In this document: in pieces, positions 48,535-58,564 of the stretch
Numbering within the stretch: position 1 is the first letter of the stretch
Layout of the letters: each line of letters begins with the position of its first letter
Assembly (NCBI GenBank): GCA_964394435.1
Contig: CAYMXN010000002.1
Span: 206,196 to 270,195, forward strand
Length of the DNA stretch: 64,000 nt
Direction: 5' to 3'
Origin: an uncultured Candidatus Saccharibacteria bacterium
GTDB taxonomy: Bacteria; Patescibacteriota; Minisyncoccia; UBA6257; 1-14-0-10-44-23
The notes under the pieces: model-generated
What the model was told of the DNA's origin: nothing
The model's input: the letters and a program-made list of their open reading frames with translations, nothing else
Databases searched by the model: none
Made by a program: the position numbers and the translations under genes

Positions 48535-50426
48535 CGGGTAGTCCAGTCGATATCAGGGCGAAGTTGTTTGGCTACTGCCAGAAGTTTTTGGTATGCGGCA
48601 TCGTCGCCAAGTGTTTTGGCTGTTTTGAGTAATATGGCGATAAACTCGATGCGAGTTGGGGCTATTTCGAGCGCTTCCTTATACAGCGCTTGGTTGCGCT
48701 TCAGGTAGTCAGTTTGATTAAAGAGTATGCCTGCGCGTAGGTTAAGTCCGCCGTTGGTATATACATCTTTTAAGCCAGACATCTTAGAGCGGTTAGCATC
48801 AAACCACTGGTTAGCCATATCAACAACTGAACGAATTGCTTCGATCGAGATGTTTGGATTTGCCCGCGCAGTTCCTTCGATAATGTTGATGATGAAGCGG
48901 TTAAATGCGGCTACGGTTTCTTCTTGCCCGACTGGTGAGGGGAGGTTATATACGTGCTCAAATGCTTTGATGCCATCGTTTCCATTTGCTGAACGGTGGG
49001 CGTTTGCGAGGGCGAGATTTTTTTGGAATGGGAAGACGTCGGTAATGATAATACTTGTAATGAGTACGGTGGCTATCGCAAGTGTCGTGAGGAGTCCGGA
49101 TCCGGTTAGTTCGTAGTACTCTTCCGTCAGATCAACGGGTTGTCGATCGGTATTTATTACGCACACGATAAACGTATAGAGAATGATGTATACCGGCAGT
49201 ACGTCGAAGAGGAAAAATCCTTGCGTGAAGTAGGCGATTGGTAGGGCGAATAGGATTGATTTCCAGAGGTTGCGTGGATAGCGTTTTATCTCTTTGTAGT
49301 AAAAGAAAAATATCGCAAGGTAGGCGAAGAGCAGTGTTATACCTCCACTGATAAGATATTCGAGAAACACATTGTGGGTGCGGTCAAAGAATGATTCGAT
49401 GCCAAAGTGTTTCGGGTTGTAATACTTGTCGAATACGTATGGAAAATTTTCCGCACCCCAGCCTAGTAGTGGCCGTTCGATTACGCCAGCGACTGCTGAT
49501 CCCCACGTCCAAAGACGAGGTTGGATTTCTTTGAGTGCTCCTCCGATATTGAGAAACCGGTTTACGACGGGAATGTGTTGCCAAAAGCTCGCTTGGCTTG
49601 TTGCTACAAAGGTTATTCCGGCTATGCTGCAGGTAAGTAGTAAGCCAAAGGCGACAAGCCGTCCTTTACGTGTATGAGCAAACCAGATTTCGGCGATGAG
49701 TACGGTAAGTCCGGCGACCATTACGGCGAGGAGCGCTCCGCGCGTGCCGGTTTGGAGTAGTGCGAAGCTTTCAACTGCGAGTAGCGCACCCCAGAGCGTT
49801 TTTTGAATAGCAGTCTTAGATCGGCGCATCATATATATGATGAGTGCGATACTGATAATCAGATATCCTCCAAGATATGACGGGTTGCCGAGTGTTCCGG
49901 AGATACGCTTATCTGCAGCGATGATTTTGAGTTTGCCGGCGAGTTCTGGGTTTGGAAACTTATAAAAATATAGTTGAGCGAATCCGTAGACACATAAGAG
50001 TCCGCTTGTGATAATCGTCGCTTTAATTGTTCGGATGATTGTTTTTGGATCGGTAAATAGGATAGAACTTAGCAGGAAAAAGAGTGCGTAATGCATAATT
50101 TGAAATGCTCCTTCGCCTCGTTCGAAGTTTGACCAAAATGCTTGAGTTGGATTCTGTGAAATGAGCGCGGTGCTGACGGCGATGAGCGCAAAGAGTATTA
50201 CGCTTATGTTAATCGGGCGGCGAAGCTGTGTTTTAATAGTCTGAAGCAGCGCGCTTCGATTATTAGCGAGTAGTATGTGAGCAAGGAGAAAGGCGAGGGC
50301 GAGCTCGATAAGTATGCGGAAGATGATTGCTTTTCCGGCGATAAAGGGGAAGTAGAGTCCGTTGATTAATATGAGCGGCGTAAAAATTGCCGCAAGTGTA
50401 CAGAAGCGAGCGATTTTAATAAGCAT
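48531..50426 (-). CDS. O-antigen ligase (Wzy_C)-like polytopic membrane protein with C-terminal TPR-like soluble domain
   Basis: 631 aa; more than 10 TM helices with a large extracytoplasmic loop; helical C-terminal ~150 aa. Confidence 0.5.
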   Translation of the reverse strand: MLIKIARFCTLAAIFTPLILINGLYFPFIAGKAIIFRILIELALAFLLAHILLANNRSALLQTIKTQLRRPINISVILFALIAVSTALISQNPTQAFWSNFERGEGAFQIMHYALFFLLSSILFTDPKTIIRTIKATIITSGLLCVYGFAQLYFYKFPNPELAGKLKIIAADKRISGTLGNPSYLGGYLIISIALIIYMMRRSKTAIQKTLWGALLAVESFALLQTGTRGALLAVMVAGLTVLIAEIWFAHTRKGRLVAFGLLLTCSIAGITFVATSQASFWQHIPVVNRFLNIGGALKEIQPRLWTWGSAVAGVIERPLLGWGAENFPYVFDKYYNPKHFGIESFFDRTHNVFLEYLISGGITLLFAYLAIFFFYYKEIKRYPRNLWKSILFALPIAYFTQGFFLFDVLPVYIILYTFIVCVINTDRQPVDLTEEYYELTGSGLLTTLAIATVLITSIIITDVFPFQKNLALANAHRSANGNDGIKAFEHVYNLPSPVGQEETVAAFNRFIINIIEGTARANPNISIEAIRSVVDMANQWFDANRSKMSGLKDVYTNGGLNLRAGILFNQTDYLKRNQALYKEALEIAPTRIEFIAILLKTAKTLGDDAAYQKLLAVAKQLRPDIDWTTR

Positions 50427-50484
50427 ATCGCTAAGTATAATATGGAAATCTGTTTTGGGCTAAAAACCAGGTATACTAACCATA

Positions 50485-51693
50485 TTGATGAATATTTTTG
50501 AAGAACTGAATTGGTTTAGGGGGCGTTCAAACGCGTTTTTGCTCGCGGAGCTTATGGCTGATCGCGTGCGTGTTTCTGCGGTGCGTGTTCATACGGCAAC
50601 TCGTGAAGCGGTTGTGTTAAAGTCTCGCAGTCTCATGCACGATATGCTTACCGGTCCTGGATGGTATGGCGCGCTTTCGCGATTGCTTTCGAGTTTTTGG
50701 TTTTCGTCTGCGCAGCTTTATCTTTGTATTGATTCGTCGTGTGTAGCAACAGTTGCGCTCTCTCAAGCGTTTACTCGTACTGTTGAGCAGAGCGAGATTA
50801 CTGAAGCAGAGATTGAGCAGGTGATTGCGCAAACGCTTTGGAAGGCGTTTGATGCTGCTCGTCCAGATGCCGCACGTCGTTTGGGTGTTTTTGATACCGA
50901 GCTGTCGCTTGTTGATGCTCAAGCACTTAGGATTCGTCTTGATGGTCGACGCGTCGTAAGTCCGGTTGGATTTACTGCGCGCGAAATTGAGATTACCTAT
51001 CGACTCTCATTTGCTTCTAAAAAGGTTTTCGATCAGCTCCGCGCACTATGGCCACTCGAGCAGATTATTGCGATTGAGGAAGAGGGGTTTGGTTGGGCGA
51101 GTGCGCTTGGCCAAAAGTATGACCGTGAGGATTTTATTTTTGCGGCGGTGCTTCATGAGCAGACGCATCTTTTTATCAAAGATCGATCTTCGATTCGGTA
51201 TCTTGATTCGGTTCGATGGGGGCAAGCGCAGCTCGCTGCTCCACTGTCGCGTGAGTTTGGGGTTGATCAGGGCGTGGCTATGGATATGTTTCGGCGCGTC
51301 GGCTCCGGAATGACTTCGGAGAAGGTGAGTCGGCGTATTTCGGAGCTTATTTTACCTGAATTCCTAACGCTAATGCGCGCACTCGAGAATCAGCAGAGTC
51401 ATGGAAAGCCTACAGTCGCCTATATCGCTTCGAGCTTTGATGCGCTTAGCTCTCTTTTTACCCTTGGTCCGATTAAGCGCATTAAAAGTACTATACAATC
51501 CACTCCTGTTGATCAAGATTTTGTTGGCGAAAACTTCGGCTTTCGACTACAATTAAAGGACCAGGATGTTATTTTTGATCCTTCGCTTTTTGCGTTGCGC
51601 CTGGGAAGCCCAGCATTTTATTTATACGATTCGCATATTGATAAAGTAGTAAAACGGAGAGCTCGTTGGTTAACTCGACAAGATAATTCTTAA
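50485..51693 (+). CDS. hypothetical protein (possible divergent actin-fold / PilM-FtsA-like)
   Basis: 402 aa; weak N-terminal resemblance to actin-like ATPases; unverified. Confidence 0.35.
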   Translation: MMNIFEELNWFRGRSNAFLLAELMADRVRVSAVRVHTATREAVVLKSRSLMHDMLTGPGWYGALSRLLSSFWFSSAQLYLCIDSSCVATVALSQAFTRTVEQSEITEAEIEQVIAQTLWKAFDAARPDAARRLGVFDTELSLVDAQALRIRLDGRRVVSPVGFTAREIEITYRLSFASKKVFDQLRALWPLEQIIAIEEEGFGWASALGQKYDREDFIFAAVLHEQTHLFIKDRSSIRYLDSVRWGQAQLAAPLSREFGVDQGVAMDMFRRVGSGMTSEKVSRRISELILPEFLTLMRALENQQSHGKPTVAYIASSFDALSSLFTLGPIKRIKSTIQSTPVDQDFVGENFGFRLQLKDQDVIFDPSLFALRLGSPAFYLYDSHIDKVVKRRARWLTRQDNS

Positions 51694-51705
51694 ACGTTAT
51701 TCCTC

Positions 51706-53301
51706 ATGGAGAAAGTCAAAAAAATAATTGTTTCAAAAAGTGATGAGCCGACGCTTGTTGCTGAAAAATTGATTGATGCTGACGCCGAGACGGTTGTGCT
51801 TAGTATTCCTAAGGGATCACAGCTCGCAGGGGCGCTCGCTCATCTGAAGCTTATTAAGCGCGAGGCGACCTTGCTTAAGAAGAAGGTGATTGTTGAGTCG
51901 GTAGATGAGTCGATTCTTGAGTTATGTAAAAAAGCCGGCATTGAGTCTGTTGATCCTTTTTTTAGTAAAATGGGGAGTCGAAAAAAACTTTCTGATATTG
52001 TCGTTAAGCCGCGGGTTGATGAGACTGATAGCGTCGCTCAATCAGTTCCTTTGAAAATCACTGAATCTGAAGAAGCAGAGCCGATGACGGAAGTGATTAA
52101 GCCAGCTGCTCGTCCACGAAAAAAGTTTAAATTTAAGTTTCGTTTTTCGTTTCCTCGTATTTTCCGGAAAAGCACTGCGGTTGTCGTGGGGCTTCTCGTA
52201 TTAGTTGCCGCAGGAGGGTATGTCGCCTTAGTTGTCCTGCCGCATGCAGAGGTTGTCGCCACTCTTATTAAAGAGCCTTGGAATTTTTCTGCTCCGGTTG
52301 TTGTTGATAAAGCGATTTCTACTCCGGATGCGCTTTCGGCCCGTATTCCTGGTCAGGTTTTTGTTCAAAAAACGAATGCGACGCTTCAATTTGTTGCGAG
52401 TGGTTCCAAATCAATTGAACGGAAAGCTACCGGGAAGATCACGATTTATAACGCATTAAGTTCTAAACCGCAGAGTATTGTTGCTAACACGCGCTTTGAA
52501 ACGGCTGACGGTAAGGTATTTCGTATTACTAAGGGAATTACAATTCCTGGTGCCAACATTGAAGAGGGGAAGATTGTTCCTTCTTCGATTGTTGCTGACA
52601 TTGTCGCCGACCAGCCTGGTGCTGCTTATAATATCGGCCCGGTTGCTAAGCTTACGATCCCTGGATTTAAAGGGACACCGAAATTCGATACGTTTTATGG
52701 TGAGATCAAAGACCCAACCGCTGGCGGGTTAGTTGGCGTGGTAAAGGTTGCGACCGATGCTGATATTAAAACTGCTAAGGCTTCAGCCAGCAAAACAATC
52801 GAGGCGTCTGCGCAGACGCTTATTGCTACCCAGATTCCGGCCCAATTTAAAACTCTTCCTGGGGCTTCTAAATTTGTCATTACTAAGCAGACTGTTGCGA
52901 GCGAGGCGGATGCGAGCGGTAAGTTTTCAGTCTTTACTGAAGGGCAAATTACTACGCTCGCTTTTCAGGAGCGTGATTTGCTAGCGATGCTTTCAACTAA
53001 AATTAAAACTGAAAAGGGTGCTGACTATCAGTTTGAAAATCTAGGGTTAACGTATGGAACGGTGAAGGCGGATGATCCGGCTTCGGGCAAGATGAGCGTG
53101 GCGATTGAGTATCAGGCGCAGGCAAGTCGTATTGTTGACCAAGGCTCACTCATTGAAAAGCTTAAGGGGCATACGCGTGCTGAGCTCGAACCAATCACTA
53201 GTTCACTTCAAGGAATTCAAGGCTTAACAGTTTCGCTTAAGCCATTTTGGGTGCGTAGCATTCCAAGTGACAGTTCAAAAATTAAGCTCATCGTCGAGTA
53301 A
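51706..53301 (+). CDS. hypothetical single-pass membrane protein with large extracytoplasmic beta-rich domain
   Basis: ~85-aa cytoplasmic N-domain; basic patch KKFKFKFRF; TM VVVGLLVLVAAGGYVALVVL; ~360-aa Thr/Ala/Gly-rich ectodomain. Confidence 0.4.
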   Translation: MEKVKKIIVSKSDEPTLVAEKLIDADAETVVLSIPKGSQLAGALAHLKLIKREATLLKKKVIVESVDESILELCKKAGIESVDPFFSKMGSRKKLSDIVVKPRVDETDSVAQSVPLKITESEEAEPMTEVIKPAARPRKKFKFKFRFSFPRIFRKSTAVVVGLLVLVAAGGYVALVVLPHAEVVATLIKEPWNFSAPVVVDKAISTPDALSARIPGQVFVQKTNATLQFVASGSKSIERKATGKITIYNALSSKPQSIVANTRFETADGKVFRITKGITIPGANIEEGKIVPSSIVADIVADQPGAAYNIGPVAKLTIPGFKGTPKFDTFYGEIKDPTAGGLVGVVKVATDADIKTAKASASKTIEASAQTLIATQIPAQFKTLPGASKFVITKQTVASEADASGKFSVFTEGQITTLAFQERDLLAMLSTKIKTEKGADYQFENLGLTYGTVKADDPASGKMSVAIEYQAQASRIVDQGSLIEKLKGHTRAELEPITSSLQGIQGLTVSLKPFWVRSIPSDSSKIKLIVE

Positions 53302-53352
53302 AGTAGTAAGAGTTGACTTTTTGCTAGCCTTTCTGCTACTATAACCCAATCC

Positions 53353-53571
53353 ATGTCCGATACTAAGAAGGTTCGCCAAGAGGAGGGAGTGATTGAAGAA
53401 GCTCTTCCTGGAGCAACTTTTAAGGTGCGTCTCAAGGATAATCGTTTGGTGAACGGTCACCTCGCAGGAAAAATGCGAATGTACCATATCAAGATTATTC
53501 CAGGAGATCGCGTTACGATTGAGTTTGGTCCCTACGACGACGCTCGTGGGAGAATCACTCGCCGTCTTTAA
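53353..53571 (+). CDS. infA: translation initiation factor IF-1
   Basis: 72 aa; S1-like GKMRMYHIKIIPGDRVTIEFGPYD. Confidence 0.9.
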   Translation: MSDTKKVRQEEGVIEEALPGATFKVRLKDNRLVNGHLAGKMRMYHIKIIPGDRVTIEFGPYDDARGRITRRL

Positions 53572-53607
53572 CGCCACTACTTATTATTCGGAAAGGTAAT
53601 TTACATT

Positions 53608-53721
53608 ATGAAAGTACGTTCTTCGGTTAAAAAAATCTGTCAGAAGTGTCAGCTCGTCCGTCGCAAGGGGCGGGTTCGTGTTATTTGTGAAACGCCGAAG
53701 CACAAACAACGTCAGGGATAA
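53608..53721 (+). CDS. rpmJ: 50S ribosomal protein L36
   Basis: Translates [37 protein letters not shown] (37 aa; not in the ORF track because it is short). Confidence 0.85.
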   Translation: MKVRSSVKKICQKCQLVRRKGRVRVICETPKHKQRQG

Positions 53722-53755
53722 TCAAGTATTAATTTTTATTTAACTACTCATCGTT

Positions 53756-54139
53756 ATGCGTATCGTTGGTGTCAATATTCCAGATAATAAGCGCGTTGAT
53801 ATTGCGCTTCGTTATCTTTATGGTGTAGGTCCAGTGCGTGCCGTAGAAATTATCACTGCGACTAAAATCGACCCAAAGAAGCGTGCAAAAGATCTTGACT
53901 CAACCGAGGTGAACAAGATTAAGGAGTACATGGAAAAGAACTTTAAGATTGAAGGTGAGCTTCGCCAGGTTATTAAGCAAAACATCGCGCTTTTGAAAGA
54001 TATGTCCACGTATCGTGGAGCCCGTCACCAGCGTCGTCTGCCGGTTCGTGGTCAGCGTACTAAGACTAACTCTCGTACGGTTCGTGGAAACACCCGTAAG
54101 ACAGCTGGTAGCGGTAAGCGTAAAGTTGAACTTAAATAA
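53756..54139 (+). CDS. rpsM: 30S ribosomal protein S13
   Basis: MRIVGVNIPDNKRVDIALRYLYGVG. Confidence 0.9.
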   Translation: MRIVGVNIPDNKRVDIALRYLYGVGPVRAVEIITATKIDPKKRAKDLDSTEVNKIKEYMEKNFKIEGELRQVIKQNIALLKDMSTYRGARHQRRLPVRGQRTKTNSRTVRGNTRKTAGSGKRKVELK

Positions 54140-54151
54140 TCGTTCTATACT

Positions 54152-54604
54152 ATGGGAAAGAAAAAAGTTGGAAAAGAAGATCAGGGAGAGATTCTCAAGC
54201 AGGCCGATAAGGTTGATACTGCGGTTGCCGCAGCGGGTGCGAAGAACGTCTCTAAGAAAGCTGAGCGTGGAAACGCTTATGTTAAAGCAACGTATAACAA
54301 CACGATTATTTCAGTTACCGATGAGAAGGGTAATATGCTCTTCTGGGGTAGCGCTGGCGGACTTGGTTTTACCGGTCCAAAGAAAGCGACTCCATTTGCT
54401 TCAAGTAAAATCGTAGCGGCACTTACCGAAAAGATGAAAAAGGCTGGCATGAGCTCACTCAATATCTTCTTAAATGGTATTGGTGGTGGTAGGGATAGCG
54501 CGGTTCGCTCATTTGTGAACCAGGGCTTCAATGTTCTCTCAATTCACGATGTTACTCCGATTCCACACAACGGTCCGAAGCCTAAGAAAGTTCGCCGTAT
54601 TTAA
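54152..54604 (+). CDS. rpsK: 30S ribosomal protein S11
   Basis: GNAYVKATYNNTIISVTDEKGN...GFTGPKKATPFA. Confidence 0.9.
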   Translation: MGKKKVGKEDQGEILKQADKVDTAVAAAGAKNVSKKAERGNAYVKATYNNTIISVTDEKGNMLFWGSAGGLGFTGPKKATPFASSKIVAALTEKMKKAGMSSLNIFLNGIGGGRDSAVRSFVNQGFNVLSIHDVTPIPHNGPKPKKVRRI

Positions 54605-54615
54605 TCCCTACGAAT

Positions 54616-55239
54616 ATGTTTGATACTAAAGAACGAAAAGAACGCGCCCTCGGTACTCGACTCTTTTTAAAGCCGAACCGTTCGAACTCTCCAAAGGCTG
54701 CTATTGTTCGCCGTCCATACCGTCCAGGTCTCCATGGAAAGGCGCACCGCCGTGCTGCTTCTGAATACGCTCTTCAGCTCGCTGAAAAGCAGAAATTTAA
54801 ATACACCTATGGTCTTCGCGAGGCTCAGATGAGAATCGCTTTCAAAAAGGCTATGAAGTCTCCTTCGACAACTGGTCCGCTCTTTGTGAGCTTGCTCGAG
54901 CGTCGTTTGGACAACGTCGTCTTCCGTCTTGGCTTTGCGCCAAGCCGTTCCGTCGCTCGTCAGGTTATCAGCCACGGACACATTTGGGTTAATGGTCGCC
55001 GTACAAAGGCTCCATCGTTTGCTGTTAAGCCAGGAGACGTTGTTACGATTCGTCCACAGTCTAAGGACCACCCAGTATTCCGCCCACTCGCTGAGACGAT
55101 TAAGAAATATGAAGCTCCAGGATGGCTCAAAGTTGACGCTGAGAAGTTTGAGGGTAAGGTAGTCACTTTGCCGAAAGATCTCGAGATTCCTTTTGACATT
55201 GCGCTTCTTGTCGATTATTATTCAAAAATCGTCAAATAA
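54616..55239 (+). CDS. rpsD: 30S ribosomal protein S4
   Basis: RLDNVVFRLGFAPSRSVARQVISHGHIWVNGRRT. Confidence 0.9.
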   Translation: MFDTKERKERALGTRLFLKPNRSNSPKAAIVRRPYRPGLHGKAHRRAASEYALQLAEKQKFKYTYGLREAQMRIAFKKAMKSPSTTGPLFVSLLERRLDNVVFRLGFAPSRSVARQVISHGHIWVNGRRTKAPSFAVKPGDVVTIRPQSKDHPVFRPLAETIKKYEAPGWLKVDAEKFEGKVVTLPKDLEIPFDIALLVDYYSKIVK

Positions 55240-55317
55240 GGCGGCACTATTACAGAGCGCCAGGCATGGATTAGTCCCCATGTCAGGATCTAAGCTCTTA
55301 ATTAACTATAAACAAGT

Positions 55318-56112
55318 ATGGAAAAGATTCGTTTGTCAGATGCAGTCAAAGTTCAGGTCGTATCAGAAACCGCAAACACCGGTGTTTTCGACATCGATGG
55401 GCTCTACAGTGGGTATGGTACTACGCTCGGTAACGCGCTTCGTCGTGTTCTTTTTTCGTCTATCGCCGGAGCTGCTATTACGAAAGTAAAGATTAAGGGT
55501 GTTGGACACGAATTCACGACAATTGAGGGAGTAATGGAAGATGTCGTGGAGATTATGCTTAACTTGAAGCGTCTTCGCTTTGCTTTTGATGTTGACTACG
55601 AGACCTATGAGCAGCCTGAAGTTTTGACCTTAAAGGCCAAAGGTGAGGGTGCTGTTACTGCCGCGAACATCGAAAACTCTGGCTTGGTTCGTGTTATCAA
55701 TAAAGATGCTCACATCGCGACCATTACCCAGAAGGGTGTTGAGTTCGAGATGGAGCTCACCATTGAAAAAGGCTTGGGCTATGTTCCAGCTGAGGCTTCA
55801 AAGTCTGAAGCGTTGCCAGTTGGCGTTATCCAGCTTGATGCTATTTTTTCTCCAGTTACGAAAGTTAACTTTACCGTTGAGAACATGCGTGTAGGTGAGC
55901 GAACTGACTTCAACAAGCTTCGCTTAGTTATTGATACCGATGGGAGCGTTGCGCCTTCAGTCGTGTTTACGAAGGCGGTCTCGATTTTACAGGAGCACTT
56001 CACTAAGGTGAGCGAACAGCTCTCTGGTGTTGTGGTCACAGCAGCTCCAGCTGTAGCTGAAGAGGAGGGTGAGACAAAGAAAAAGAAAGTATCTAAAAAG
56101 AAAGATAAATAA
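55318..56112 (+). CDS. rpoA: DNA-directed RNA polymerase alpha subunit, N-terminal domain only (no alpha-CTD), Lys-rich tail
   Basis: GTTLGNALRRVLFSSIAGAAITKVKIKGVGHEF; 264 aa ending ...EEEGETKKKKVSKKKDK; rplQ follows immediately. Confidence 0.85.
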   Translation: MEKIRLSDAVKVQVVSETANTGVFDIDGLYSGYGTTLGNALRRVLFSSIAGAAITKVKIKGVGHEFTTIEGVMEDVVEIMLNLKRLRFAFDVDYETYEQPEVLTLKAKGEGAVTAANIENSGLVRVINKDAHIATITQKGVEFEMELTIEKGLGYVPAEASKSEALPVGVIQLDAIFSPVTKVNFTVENMRVGERTDFNKLRLVIDTDGSVAPSVVFTKAVSILQEHFTKVSEQLSGVVVTAAPAVAEEEGETKKKKVSKKKDK

Positions 56113-56117
56113 ATTGT

Positions 56118-56450
56118 ATGCGTAAGTTCCACCGTATAACTGGCCGTCGTCGGCTATTCAAACAAGTTCTCGTCGCCAACTTCATCAAGAAGGGCAAGAT
56201 TACTACAACCATTGCTCGTGCGAAGGAGATTCGTCCGATTGTCGAGCGCTTTATTACGGTTGGCAAAAAGGGTAGTCTCGCATCGTTCCGTTCATTACTC
56301 GCAAAGCTTCCAAAGGAAGCTGCTGGAAAGATATTTTATGAGATTGCGCCAAAGTATAAGGACCGTAAGGGCGGATACACTCGTATTATTAAAACCGCGA
56401 AAGCTCGTAAGCGCGATGGTTCAGAAATGGCCGTAATTGAATTTGTCTAA
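56118..56450 (+). CDS. rplQ: 50S ribosomal protein L17
   Basis: MRKFHRITGRRRLFKQVLVANFI...GGYTRIIK. Confidence 0.9.
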   Translation: MRKFHRITGRRRLFKQVLVANFIKKGKITTTIARAKEIRPIVERFITVGKKGSLASFRSLLAKLPKEAAGKIFYEIAPKYKDRKGGYTRIIKTAKARKRDGSEMAVIEFV

Positions 56451-56454
56451 ACCT

Positions 56455-56820
56455 ATGACCACTACTACTAAAGAAAAAACACAGCACGTCATTGACGCCG
56501 AAGGACAAGTTCTTGGTCGCTTAGCGACTCAGATTGCTCGTATTCTTCAGGGCAAGCACCGCGTAAGCTATCTTCCACGTGAAGCGGGGGATGATGTGGT
56601 TATTGTTAAAAATGCCGCTAAGATTGTTACTACGAAAGACAAGGCTGAGAAAAAGATTTACTACCGCCACACTGGCTATATGGGTCACTTGAAAGAGCAG
56701 CCATTTAAAGCGATTTTTGAGCGCGATCCAGGTGAAGTTTTGCGCCGAGCAGTGTTTAATATGTTGCCGAAAAACTTCATTCGCCAGAAGCGTATGAATC
56801 GGCTTAAAATTGAAAAATAA
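56455..56820 (+). CDS. rplM: 50S ribosomal protein L13
   Basis: KTQHVIDAEGQVLGRLATQIARILQGKH; start moved to ATG 56455 to avoid overlap with rplQ. Confidence 0.85.
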   Translation: MTTTTKEKTQHVIDAEGQVLGRLATQIARILQGKHRVSYLPREAGDDVVIVKNAAKIVTTKDKAEKKIYYRHTGYMGHLKEQPFKAIFERDPGEVLRRAVFNMLPKNFIRQKRMNRLKIEK

Positions 56821-56822
56821 AT

Positions 56823-57287
56823 ATGACAACTGCTACTAAAAAAACAACTACGAAGGCGGTCAAGCCAAAGCTTGAGGTCAAGGCTTCTCCAAAGCAAGAG
56901 GGGCGTTACTATCAGGGTCTTGGTGGCCGTAAGACGGCGACTGCTTCAGTTCGTATCTATCCAAAAGGCACTGGCGTTACCGTAAATGGTAAAGAGCTCA
57001 AAGAGTACTTTAAGATGGCGAAGCATCAGAACGAGGTGCTCGCTCCGCTTGAGGTTGCTGAAATGGGTAAGTCACTTGGCGTAACGGTTAAGGTTTCGGG
57101 TAGTGGTATTCACGCTCAAGCCCAGGCTGTTCGCAACGGTATCGCGACTGCTTTAGTCGCGCTTGATAAAGAGTTAAAGAAGAAGTTGAAGCGCGTTGGC
57201 TTTATTACCCGCGATCCTCGTGTGGTTGAACGTAAGAAGTACGGACTCAAGGGTGCACGTCGCTCTCCACAGTGGTCCAAGCGTTAA
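56823..57287 (+). CDS. rpsI: 30S ribosomal protein S9
   Basis: C-terminal KYGLKGARRSPQWSKR. Confidence 0.9.
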   Translation: MTTATKKTTTKAVKPKLEVKASPKQEGRYYQGLGGRKTATASVRIYPKGTGVTVNGKELKEYFKMAKHQNEVLAPLEVAEMGKSLGVTVKVSGSGIHAQAQAVRNGIATALVALDKELKKKLKRVGFITRDPRVVERKKYGLKGARRSPQWSKR

Positions 57288-57399
57288 CATTTGGCGTATC
57301 GCTTTGTCATGGGACCCTCGGCCACGTTCGTCGTACGAATATGTACGCCTCGCGTGGCCGTTTCCCATTTCGCGCGCTACATCCAAATATATCTTTATC

Positions 57400-57432
57400 A
57401 AAAATCCCGGCTCTGGTCGGGATTTTTGTTTT
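57400..57432 (+). terminator. rho-independent terminator after rplM-rpsI
   Basis: aaaaatcccggctctggtcgggatttttgtttt. Confidence 0.7.
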
Positions 57433-57465
57433 GACGAGGAGCTGATAAATCGGTAGGGTAGATGT

Positions 57466-58518
57466 ATGCGTATTTTAGCTATTGAGACTAGTTGTGATGA
57501 GACGGCGCTTTCGGTCGTCGAAGCCTCTGGCGGAATCAAAAAACCGCAGTTTGTTGTTTTGCACAATATCATCTCGAGTCAGATTAAACTTCACGCACCG
57601 TTTGGCGGAGTGGTGCCAAATATTGCCAAGCGCGAACATATCGCTAACCTCCCAAAGCTGTTTAAGCAACTCGGGCTTTCGAATGACTTAAAGGAAATTG
57701 ATGTGATTGCGGTGACGGTTGGGCCGGGACTCGCCCCAGCGTTATGGGCCGGCATCGAGTTTGCGAAAGAGATTGCCGTGAAGTTTGATAAGCCGCTCCT
57801 AGGCGCTAATCATTTAGAAGGGCATATGTACAGCACTTTATTGCCGAGCGCGGCGGTAAAGCTTAAGGCTGGTGGTTTAAAGGTGAAAACTGCCAAGGCG
57901 AAGCAGCAAATTGAGTTTCCGGCTGTGGGACTCCTTGTGTCCGGCGGGCATACGATATTGCTTTCACTTAGCTCACTGACGAAGCGCAAGAAACTTGGAG
58001 AGACGGTAGATGATGCGGCGGGTGAGGCGTTTGATAAGGTGGCGAAGATGATGCAGTTACCATATCCGGGCGGTCCGCAGATTGAGAAGTTGGCAAAAAA
58101 TGGTGATCCAGCTGCGATCGTGTTTCCACGCCCGATGCTTAATTCGGGTGATTATGAGTTTAGTTTTTCTGGGCTAAAAACCGCAGTGCTGTATTATCTG
58201 CGTGATAACTCAAAGTATAATCCGGCGGACGTGGCGGCGAGCTTTCAGGAGGCGGCGACTGATGTGCTTGTCAAAAAAGCGGTGCGCGCGATGCGTGAGG
58301 TTGGTGCGCGTTCGGTGTTTTTGTGTGGTGGCGTAGCGGCAAATACATATCTGCGAAATAAACTCGAGAAGGCGGCGGCGGGTGAGGGGGCGAACTTTAT
58401 CGTACCGGAGTTTGTGTTTAATACGGACAACGCAGTGATGATCGCGGCAGCCGCCTATATGAATCAGCTCACAAAGAAAAAGTACAAGATCGAGGCGCAA
58501 CCGAATCTGAATCTGTAA
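57466..58518 (+). CDS. tsaD: tRNA N6-adenosine threonylcarbamoyltransferase TsaD (Kae1/Gcp family)
   Basis: MRILAIETSCDETALSVVE N-terminus; metal-binding His pairs. Confidence 0.85.
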   Translation: MRILAIETSCDETALSVVEASGGIKKPQFVVLHNIISSQIKLHAPFGGVVPNIAKREHIANLPKLFKQLGLSNDLKEIDVIAVTVGPGLAPALWAGIEFAKEIAVKFDKPLLGANHLEGHMYSTLLPSAAVKLKAGGLKVKTAKAKQQIEFPAVGLLVSGGHTILLSLSSLTKRKKLGETVDDAAGEAFDKVAKMMQLPYPGGPQIEKLAKNGDPAAIVFPRPMLNSGDYEFSFSGLKTAVLYYLRDNSKYNPADVAASFQEAATDVLVKKAVRAMREVGARSVFLCGGVAANTYLRNKLEKAAAGEGANFIVPEFVFNTDNAVMIAAAAYMNQLTKKKYKIEAQPNLNL

Positions 58519-58564
58519 AAGTTGAGCTCATTCGCGAGAAAAGGTACTATTAGACCATTGTGAT

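Noticed and set aside
57290-57390. Hairpin GGCCACG..CGTGGCC with a 24-nt loop after rpsI, as a possible ncRNA
   Set aside because: Short, isolated, directly upstream of the operon terminator; insufficient evidence for a distinct RNA gene.
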